A stretch of DNA of 63,994 nucleotides, filler included, from Sluysia triapertura (Eukaryota): NCBI GenBank assembly GCA_046118255.1. It is 5 parts of 5 records of this genome, joined end to end, with 100 filler letters (N's around TTAATTAATTAA, not from the genome) between each part and the next. Parts side by side here need not be neighbours in the genome. Positions count along the whole stretch, not along the records: positions 49,566 to 63,994 come from JBJNIA010259846.1; 4 more parts are not named here. One strand, written 5' to 3'. The notes under the pieces are model-generated. The model was not told where the DNA came from and ran no database searches. It saw only the letters and a list, made by a program, of their open reading frames with translations. Of this stretch, positions 54,144 to 63,994 are shown one piece after another. A program made the position numbers and the translations under genes. Each line of letters begins with the position of its first letter. Within the stretch, counting starts at the first letter, position 1.

Positions 54144-54165
54144 GTTTCCACAGCAACATAAACAA
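54144..54165 (+). promoter_or_regulatory. RFX X-box with adjacent forkhead (FoxJ1-type) site
   Basis: GTTTCCACAGCAAC (54144-54157) closely fits the RFX X-box palindrome and is immediately followed by ATAAACAA. The X-box ends 46 nt before the TEX55-like ATG. Confidence 0.7.
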
Positions 54166-54203
54166 CGTTTTATCATCTCATGATTAATTTTATTTAAATT
54201 CTC

Positions 54204-54559
54204 ATGTCAAGTTTCAAAAGTGATAGTATATCAGATGATGAAAGTATATATGCTCAAAGATGTGTGGAAAAAGCTTTAAATGATAGCATTCAACAATTAA
54301 TAACAAGTTCATTCAATGATGAAAATCTAAAAACTGTTCATTACGAGTATTTAGAACATCAGGATGTAGTTAAAAATCCATATCAATCAGCACTACAATA
54401 TTTACAAAAATATTCTATAATTCAGTTATTTCAAGTATTTCGTTTATTAAAAAATCATAGTTTTAGAACTTGACTTATGGAATGGTTTTAAATAAACCTG
54501 AAGATCCAATTGATTTTATGATTGATTTTATTGAGAAAGGTTATGAAAATTGTGATTGA
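54204..54559 (+). CDS. TEX55: TEX55/C3orf30-like small protein with C-terminal RIIa-like dimerization/docking domain (107 aa; exons 54204-54434 and 54467-54559)
   Basis: Removing the 32-nt GT-AG intron gives NPYQSALQYLQKYSIIQLFQ|NLTYGMVLNKPEDPIDFMIDFIEK, the D/D-domain pattern Y..K..I.Q.FQ..T..LV..KPEDP..FM. Confidence 0.75.
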
Positions 54560-56564
54560 ATATATAATATATAAACTATTTTGATAATGTGTATGTATTT
54601 TTGACTTTGCACTTTTTTATAGGTAGAAAATCTTACTTAATTAATAAATTTTATAAGGAATATTAATGATCATATTTATAAATTTAATTATAACTTAATG
54701 GAATAATAGTTTTCATAAAACACCGAAGACGTACTTATTTAATAACAAATCATAACAGAATACATTTTATGCAAGTAAGTAATCACCTTAGGTAGTTTGT
54801 ATTTTATTGTGTTTAAGTTATCATATTAAGTAAAAATATTTAACAAAGATTAATTTAATGTATTTCAAATTTAATTTAATTTAATGTATGGACATTCCTT
54901 ACTTGTTATTAAAATTGTTTTATATTTGTATTTTAACGCATTTATCCTAAATGTAAGAATACTTAAAATGATACAAATTATAATCACTAAATATGACTAA
55001 TAACTATTGAATTACATTGAAATTAGCTTAAAGTGGTTCTTTAAACTATAATTTTGTTAAAATCCTAGTAAAAATTTAGAATGCCAAACATTATTGTTCA
55101 AAAACTTGTAATTTTTAGAACGATTAAACTATTTTATTTGATAAAATTTGTACAATTACACAAAATAAAAATTAATTTAATCATGAAGTATCTATATTTT
55201 ATTTTTAAATTAATTTATATTATTCAAAAAATTTATTTTTTATTGAACCTTAAATGTAATTACGAGTAAAAATATAAAACATTTTATATTTTGAGGAAGT
55301 ATTTTGTTTAAATGACCTATTTAGTAAATATTATTATCCAATAAGAATCTGACAAGTGTGTAAACGCCATATTGTTTAGCTTTTCACTGATTCGCTTTAA
55401 TGACGGTTAGTATTGGTTTATATATATTTGACTGCATAGTTTCAATATTTCATTTGTCTTAGCTTATTTTTAAAATGTGATTTTGTTTGTCTGTTATGAT
55501 AAACATAATATTTTAACTACTAATTTTTTAAGAACAGTCAGTTATATTGATTTCCAAAATGTTTTTCTGTTGTTTTACTTAATTATTTAAAATCAATATG
55601 GTTTACGTGGTTCAATGCAAAACTTAGTTTTTACGTCATCGTTATGGAATTTAGTAGGTCATAAATATATTTTTGTGATAGAGTTAGTGTAAATTTTATT
55701 TTTAAATTAATTTTTAGATTTTGTAGCAGAAGATCATTTTTATGTGGAACAAATGACTGACTTAACTATGTATTGTTTCTTGTTTATGAAATAAATGATG
55801 TTTGACTTCAGAAATTTTTTGTCAGCTTCACTATTTAATTATCCATTTTTAATAATCTTAAAATGTATATTGAATCACAAGTGTAAGACATAATTAATAT
55901 GTGAATATTAAAGAAATACGTGGCAAATTTATATGTAATCAGGTGAATACGTGACTGTTCATTATGATATGAGTAAAGCAAGGTTTAACCTTCTGAGTAT
56001 TTTATCACTTATATTGAGATATGTTTTTGTGCCATTGTAATATAAATTGTTTCGGGGTGAAAAATCAACCGAACTCCATGTGTATTAATGTGGCTACTAT
56101 TAATTTATATATGTAGTTTTGTATTACATATTTTAATTAAACGGTTACACAAGTAGAATCATGTTTATAAACGTAAATAAGTATCAGTTCATCTTCAATA
56201 CTAAAAGATACTTAAATACTAGATTTGTCTGATTAAAATGTAACAAGAATAAAATGTTAATAAGAACTTCAGTTTTATTTGTGCTATTTGTATTTCAATT
56301 TTATAATTAGAACTTTAAAGTCACGTAATTATTAAAATGATGCAATAACTTTATTCAACACAAATAAAGTTACGTATAAGCATGAATTAAAATTTATTTT
56401 ATTTAATGAATGTGTATATGGATATCTATTTCTATATACATTTTAAACTAATTGTTATCATCATTTTACTATAAAATTGTCAAAGTTAATTTTATTTTAA
56501 CAGTATATTTTATGTAACGATAAGGTTGGTAAATATTCATATTACTTAGAATCATTTTATTTAG

Positions 56565-56688
56565 ATGTTAGATTACAGTGAAGACACTAGTACTACCAGT
56601 AGTTCTGAGTAATATTGTTATATTTACAATATTTTTTATTAGAGACAGTGAAATAATTCCAAAATCTAGGAATACTAAACATAGAACG
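56565..56688 (+). CDS. CHD1: CHD1 5' micro-exons (56565-56608 and 56643-56688)
   Basis: They read MLDYSEDTSTTSSS-E-DSEIIPKSRNTKHRT across a phase-compatible 34-nt GT-AG intron. The phase-0 donor GTATGT joins the exon at 58044. Confidence 0.7.
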
Positions 56689-57563
56689 GTATGTATATTT
56701 CTATAAATTTATGTAACTATAAATATCTAATGTAGAAAAATTTAGTGTGTAAATAAAAATCAATATTTTTTCTAAATGTTGTAATGAAATCAATTTAAAT
56801 GAAAACATTGTATTTTATCAGTCTGTATTAATCAAGAATTTTGCATTTTATATATTAAAATTAAGTATAATTAAATGTATTTTTTGAAGCCTAATGCAGT
56901 TTATAGTGACAAACCTTTGAATTATCTAGCTATCTTTTAATTTATTAAATTTTTCTGCTTCAGAAATAGTGAGTGATTTAATTTAAGCACTTTTGAGTAC
57001 TTATTTTGCATTAGATATCACAATAAAAATAATGTATTATCATTATAGTAATCCGAACGTAAAAAATTGTATATGCCGTAAAGTAATTAAAATGTTTTCA
57101 CAAATATGCTTGCAATAAGTTTGTATGGATGGATGCTATGATATACTGTTAACGTTTTTTATGTGAACAAATGGTAGAAAGTCGTTCAGAGGACTACATG
57201 AAACTGTTTTGAATTGATGCATGCATATTTTTTGAAGCCTGCATTTCACTTGAATGATACAACTATCTACTTCTTTGGCATCATACTGAAATCATTGATC
57301 TTACGTGGTATATTTCGCAGTAAACCATGTTATAAAAATTTTTGAAAATGTACAATACTTCTGTCAGAGATTCGTGCCTTTTGAAAGAAAAAAACTCCAA
57401 AACTTTTCAAAATTGGTACAGCTAGACATGAGCCTATTTTTGAAATACTAACATTTCGAAAAACAAACTTTTCTTAATTCAAGGTGGATGTGATAGATAT
57501 TCGAAATCACATTTTCTAATTGACAACGTTCTGGATAGTTAAAATTTAGATGCCTTGTAAACT

Positions 57564-57690
57564 ACACTTATCCCTCATTTTAAAAGTTACTTTTTTACAC
57601 GTTTTCGCTTTTAAAAAAGTTTAATTTCAATATTTAATTTTAAATTTTTTTGAACCCTGTTAAAAACTGTAAAACGAGAGATTGAAATTG
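57564..57690. mobile_element. Short Tigger-like MITE in the CHD1 intron
   Basis: Homologous to 47787-47930; ends ccctcatttt / aaaacgagag. Confidence 0.45.
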
Positions 57691-58043
57691 ATTTCGTCAT
57701 AGTTGATTATATAATATCTTGTATTTAATTAATTAGCTTATTATTGTGTCGTCAATTCAGAAAAGTAGCTCTTAACATTAAAGTGGTATTGATTTTTTAT
57801 TAAAATACATTCGACCGCATTTTAAATGTTTTCACATTACATGTATTTATGGATCTAATTTATAATTTGCTTTACAAGCATTGTAACATTAAATTAACCA
57901 AACTTTAAAAACAAAGTGTAATTATTTTCGCGATAAAATAAACATTTGAATTTTTTGTGATTTTTATTTTATTGAGTTCGGTATTATGCAAAGAATTAAA
58001 TTAAAAAATATATTTTATAATTTGTAAAATATAAAATGTTCAG

Positions 58044-61000
58044 CTCTTAGCAGATATTAAAGAAAATCCTGATTTATATGCTACTAGAAGATCAGAAAGA
58101 AATAGAAAAGAACCAACTAGATTAAATATTCAGAATTCACCACTTAAAGGATCACGTTTACGTCGAATATACAGTGGATCATCTTCGCAAGATGAAGAAG
58201 ATGAAGATAGTGATTTTGAATTTACAAAACATAAACGATATCACCAAAGCAAACCAAACAGAGAATTTCGTAAACGAACTCATGTTAGTTATAAGGAAGA
58301 GGATTCTGAAGTTGATTCAGACGAGTCTGGTGAACCAAAAACAAAGCAAAAGAAATTAAACAGTGTATTCACTAATACTGTGATGCGAGATAATCCTCTA
58401 GTAAACAGACCAGTTAGTTTATTTCGTAGAATAGAAACAGATCAGAATGATGATGATAGTAATAATGATGTTACATTGGATGTTAATGTTGATCAAGAAG
58501 AAGGAAACGTTATTGAAGAAGTTATTAGCTTTAGATTGGGTATGCCTGGTAATATAGGTTCGGATACTACTTTTTATAATCAAAAATTAAAGGGTTTAAA
58601 AATCGAAGATGGAACGGAAAAACAATATTTAATTAAATGGCGAGGATGGAGCTATATTCATAGTACTTGGGAAAGTGAAGAAAGTATAAAGCACTATTCA
58701 AATATTGATGGTTTGAAAAAGTTGGAAAAATTTAAAGAAATTCAAAAAGTTAGAGAATATTGGAAGCAGAATGAAGCTACCCCAGAAGATTTAGATGCAG
58801 CACAATTTGAAGAAGAAAGAAACGAGTTTTTACTACAAGAAAAAATGGATTGTGAAAGAATAATTGACTGCTGTCCTAATAAGCAAACAAGTGATACAGA
58901 TTATTTGATTAAATGGAAAACTCTGGATTATCGCTATTCAACTTGGGAGTCTGGAGAAGAAATAGTAAAACTTTTGTATTTTGAAGCTATCAAAGAATTT
59001 GAAGAACGAAATAATAGTTTAAAAATTCCAAATAGAAAGTGTGAAGTATGGACTCGAAGACCTAAATTTATTCCCATTCGTGAACAGCCCGATTATTTGT
59101 CAACTAATCCCAATTTAGTATTACGTGATTATCAGCTAGATGGTATTAATTGGTTAGTAAGGGCATGGACTAGAGGTAATAGTGTAATATTAGCTGATGA
59201 AATGGGTCTTGGAAAAACAATACAGACAATCGGATTCTTGTCTTACTTGTTTAATCAACATAACATGTTTGGACCATTTCTGTTAGTAGTTCCTTTAAGT
59301 ACAATTGGAAGTTGGCAGTTAGAGTTATCAAATTGGGCCCCTTATATGAATGTTATAGTTTATACAGGTGATGCAGTGTCACGTCAAGTTATTAGAGAAT
59401 GTGAGTGGTATTTTAGTAAGAAAAAGATACTAAAATTTCACGTATGTATTACAACATATGAATTGGTTTTAAAAGATAAGGCTTGGCTTAGTCAAATATC
59501 ATGGGCATTCTTAGGGGTAGATGAAGCGCATAGATTAAAAAATGATGAAAGCCAATTATATGCGGCATTAATGTCTTTTAATACTAATACTCGTTTATTA
59601 ATTACAGGTACTCCTGTTCATAATTCACTTCGAGAATTGTGGGCATTATTGCATTTTATTATGCCAGATAAATTTGAAAAATGGAATGATTTTGAAGAGA
59701 AGTATAATATATCAGACGAAAACAATGCAGTTGGTGAAGTTATATCACATTTATATCGCGCATTGGAACCATTTCTATTACGTAGAACCAAGAAAGATGT
59801 TGAAAAGTCATTACCATCTAAAAGTGAACAAATTATTAGAGTACCTATGTGTAAGAAACAGGCTGAATTATATAAATTAATATTAACTAAGAATTTTGAT
59901 GCATTATCTAAAGAAACCAGAGGTCATAAATCAGCATTTTTAAATGTTGTCATGGAACTTAAAAAATGTTGTAATCACGTGCAGCTAGTTAATCCTCTCG
60001 ACGAAGAAATTGATCATTCTATGAAACCAGAAGATCGATTACGGTATTTTATAAAGTCAAGTGGAAAGGTGATGCTATTAGATAAATTATTATTTGAATT
60101 AAGAGAAAATGGTCATAGAGTATTAATTTTTAGTCAAATGGTACGCATGTTAGATATAATATCAGATTATCTGTTGTTGAGGGGTTGGGGATTTCAGCGT
60201 TTAGATGGATCAATAAAAGGTAGTTTAAGAAAGCAAGCAATCGATCATTTTAATGCTGATGGATCAACAGACTTTTGTTTTTTATTATCAACTAGAGCAG
60301 GTGGATTAGGTATAAATTTAGCTACAGCTGATACTGTGATTATTTTTGATAGTGATTGGAATCCTCAAAATGATCTTCAAGCCATGGCCCGTGCTCATCG
60401 AATTGGTCAAACGAAACAAGTTTCTGTATATCGATTTGTTATTAAAAACAGTGTTGAAGAAAAAATTATTGAGTGTGCAAAAAAGAAGATGGTGCTAGAT
60501 CATTTAGTAATTCAACGTATGGATTCAGCACTTAGAAAAAAAACTGATGTTAATAAAAACCAACCTTTTAATAAAGATGAATTAAACGAAATATTAAAAT
60601 TTGGTGCTGCAGATTTATTTAATCAAGATGAATCAATGGATGAAGAACATGACTTAAATATACATGACATTTTACAAAGAGCAGAAACCCGTGATAATGA
60701 TGAAGTTCATAATCCAGCAAATGATTTACTTTCAGCATTTAAAGTTGTCAATATTACTGAAACTAGAGAAGATGAAGATGTTGTGTATATAAGTCATAAA
60801 GGGAAACCGAAATTATGGAGTGAGATAGTTCCTCAAGAATTCAGAGATAAAGTTCGCGAAGAAGAACAACAGAAAACTTTATTGGAATTAAATCTTGGTC
60901 CTCGAAAGCGTAAGAAAGTTAATTCATACCAAGTTGGTCAGCACAATGATGATAGTACTAGTGATGAAAGTAGTGAAGATGAATTTAATCAAGCTATACA

Positions 61001-62588
61001 ATTAAATGAAAAAGAAATTCGAGCAGTTGTTAGAGTCATGAAGAAATTTCCAAGACCTTTAGAACGAGTTGAATCTGTAATGATTGAAGGTGAATTAATT
61101 GAAAGGGATCAGAGAGCTGTATACGATCTTATGAAACGAATTATTGAAGGATGTAATACAGTTTTAAATGAATGTGAAAGTGACGAAAAGAAATCTAAAG
61201 CAACATTGACAATAGGTAAGATTAATATTCCAGCCAAGCAATTTTTGCAATCGTTAGATTATTTAGATGTATTACACACAGTATTCCCTGCTACAAAATC
61301 AGAGCGACTGTTGTATAAACTTCCTTTTGAAACAAAATTTGCTAGTTGGTCTTGTGATTGGGAAACTGCGGATGATGCTAAATTATTAGTTGGTGTTTAT
61401 GAAAAAGGAATGGACAATTGGGAAGCAATTAAAATGGATCCGGATTTTAAATTGACTTCAAAAATATTACCCAATTCAAGTACAGAAAGACCACAATCAA
61501 GTCATTTAAAAACTCGTGTTGAATATTTGTTAAAAAAGTTACGTGATACTTTAAAATCTGAATTACAATCAAGCAATAGAACAACTGTTAACAAGAATTT
61601 AAAGTCTAATAAAAATTTGAAAAAAAATAAAACTTACGTCAAGCCTCCTAAATCAGCTGAATTTGTTGAAGAAAGTGATAGTAGTAAAACTTCAACTAGA
61701 AATTTTAAAAAGAACAGTAAAGTATCAAAATCTAAACAGGACAAATCTAAAGACATGCAAAATCGCCCAGAAAAAGATTTAGAAAATGATGAAGTACAGT
61801 TTTACGATATGCGTGGTCCGTTGTTTGATAAAGTACGTTATTTTATAAATTATTTAGAAACTTATTTAGTGCACTAAAAAAATGAAACCTCTTAAACGGG
61901 AGTTAAAGTATTTAGAAGATCTTCAAAATAAACATCATAATAAATCCATGAGTATCAAAACTGAAGATGAAGCTCTTGGTGAATGTTTATTAGCTATTGG
62001 CAATCATATTCGTAGTATTATAAATGAGTATAAAGAAGATGAAAAACGTCGGTGGAGAAAGTAAGATTTTAATAAAAAACTTAATTTTTTTAGCTATTTA
62101 TGGATTTTTGTGAATTTTTTTTTTGATGTGTATTCAAAAGAAGAACTGCATAGAATATACAAAAAAAGACTAACCGAATTTAAACTTCGTAAAAAAAATG
62201 AAAAAAAATCAAATCATAATTCAAGTATTCCAAATTCAGAACATAAATCACATGAAAAACTAAAATGTAATTTTGAGGCTAAGTCATACCAAGAATATCG
62301 AGACCGAATGAAAAATTTTACTGGTGAAAGTACCAAAAATCGAGATTTTATAAAGTAATGTTTTATTTTATTTAAAGATTATTTAGGAATTATCAAAAAC
62401 CTTATTATCGATCAAATGATCAAAAATCTCAATCTCACAATAAAACAACGAAATTAGAATCTGAAAATTATAAAAGATCTTATGGTACATATACAAAGAG
62501 TATAAATAATCATTTTCACAAAAATATTCCAAAATCAGATTCGCATAACAGTAGAGATCCACGTCTTTCCAAACCAAATGTGAACTAA
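58044..62588 (+). CDS. CHD1: Chromodomain-helicase-DNA-binding protein 1 (exons 58044-61832, 61870-62060, 62094-62354, 62387-62588)
   Basis: N-terminal ENPDLY..RRS.R motif, tandem chromodomains (YLIKWRGWSYIHSTWE, YLIKW..LDYRYSTWE), SNF2 ATPase (ILADEMGLGKT, DEAH, STRAGGLGINL, QAMARAHRIGQ), SANT/SLIDE region and C-terminal KCTKKMKP...WRNYLWIFV domain. Introns of 37, 33 and 32 nt are all GT-AG and phase-consistent; stop TAA at 62586-62588. Confidence 0.95.
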
Positions 62589-63994
62589 ATATTTGCCTTA
62601 ATTCCTATTGCATTTTATATATAATTGTAAATGTGTTTTATATTCGTTGATATTTCTGTATAGATTTGAAGATTTATAACAAAAGACTCATTCTTTTTTT
62701 AATTTAACATGATAATTTTAAAAAATAAATGTATAAATTGAATGTCAATTATAATAAATAACTGGCGATTACAATAACATACTGGAGTAATTTATAGTAG
62801 AGTCCGGTAATCACAGTGGCTTGGTAGAAAACAATCTACTTTAGTATTGAATAAATTTTTGTAATAAGTATTTTGATTAAGCGAACCACACTAATTCTAG
62901 TGAAATTTTTCATTGATTTTTATATAATGTCATAAATTACTTCAAATTAATTAAATTCATTCATATTTAAAACTAACTGTTTAACCAACCTTAATATGAA
63001 CATTTAACTTAGGGAATTTTAATAAAGTTACGTAGCTTAAGTTTATATTGATTTTATATTTCAGAATTCAATAAACAGCTTTTGAATTTTGCTACTTAAG
63101 GATATGTTAATTCACTTAAGGCACTTACATAACTAACCATGATTTTTGATTATTTGGCTACACTTGATAATTGTATCAGGAAGTTATTTTAATAAAGATT
63201 TTAATGAGAATATATCAATGTGAACATTTTGGAGTATATTTATTTCTATGTAAAATAAACCTTAGGTGAGTTCGTCTCTTGAAACTCTTATCCTAGCGGA
63301 AGGTATCCTATAGATTTTCAATCAAAATTAATATAGAAAATCTTAACTCTAAGGATAGTGATTAATTCTCGGCTGAAATATCAATATTTACTTGTTTCAA
63401 ATGAGTCGCATTATGTTTAACATTGTGAAACTTAGTATAATCACATGTTTAGTAGTTCATTTCTTAAATTCTCAGGGTTGTCATCACATCCACATTTGAG
63501 GATAATTAATAAATAAAAAAATATCAATCTATTATCTATTCATTAAAGTGAGTAGGTAATAGATCAATTTTTAAATAAAATATTTTAAAAATTTTACTTA
63601 TAAAAGTAGGAAATTAAAATTAACAAATTCTTTAAACAAAATTGGAAGTGGTTAAAAATAATTGGTCGAAAACTACTGCTTAAGTAGGACTTGATTCATT
63701 AAACTTGTTAACATTTAACGTAATTCATCAAACCATTTTGGTTCTTAGTAATAAAGCAACATTATTTACATCGACTGTTCTTTATCAACTCAGATTCATT
63801 GTTACCGCACTATGTTCAAGAACTACATACATTAATCAATTATGTAGTATTTAGAACTAGAATTAAGAAAAAATTAAATATAAAATTAGGTGACAATTAA
63901 ATAAACTTGTAAATAAAGGAATAACGGTAATTAAATCAAATGGAAAATGCAGAACCTTTTCTTAAAATAATTCATTAATAATATATAATGTATA

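Noticed and set aside
7146-55269. Remaining 60-100 aa ORFs (7146, 7896, 15700, 19786, 37161, 46469, 48499, 55081 and others)
   Set aside because: They have the F/I/L/K/N/Y-biased composition expected by chance in AT-rich DNA, with no motifs or supporting splice structure.
58174-62577. ORFs 58174-58359, 59674-59880 and 62383-62577 as separate genes, and 61882-62064 and 62110-62358 as independent genes
   Set aside because: The first three are off-frame or antisense to CHD1; the last two are CHD1 exons.
62760-62825. Possible miR-2-like hairpin (atcacag) downstream of CHD1
   Set aside because: Pairing is short and discontinuous, and the seed context does not match well.

Overview
This is strongly AT-rich animal genomic DNA, not prokaryotic. 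It consists of five contigs joined by four artificial 100-bp linkers (N44-TTAATTAATTAA-N44 at 11389, 22829, 35759 and 49466), so adjacency across a linker carries no meaning. The 32-39 nt micro-introns, (AAT)n tracts and mariner relics suggest a flatworm-like invertebrate, but this is inference only. Intron-containing genes reconstructed by hand from GT-AG sites and reading phase: the 5' part of a protocadherin (contig 1); the 3' part of an LRP5/6 (Arrow)-like Wnt co-receptor (contig 3); the 3' exons of CPT1 and one SLC16/MCT-like exon (contig 4); an ankyrin-repeat gene, a complete TEX55-like gene with an RFX X-box, and an apparently complete CHD1 (contig 5). Contig 2 and most introns hold decayed transposons (mariner, hAT, pogo/Tigger and piggyBac-type MITEs, CR1/L2-like and RLE-type LINE relics). 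The most unusual feature is a CRISPR-like array at 52978-53436: six copies of a bulged hairpin (RCAAC-A-CC-loop-GG-GTTGY) with compensatory base changes and divergent spacers. Also notable are a tRNA-derived cassette bounded by TGTTAGA..TCTAACA, two adjacent pre-miRNA-like hairpins, and concerted loss of Ca2+ ligands at one protocadherin linker.
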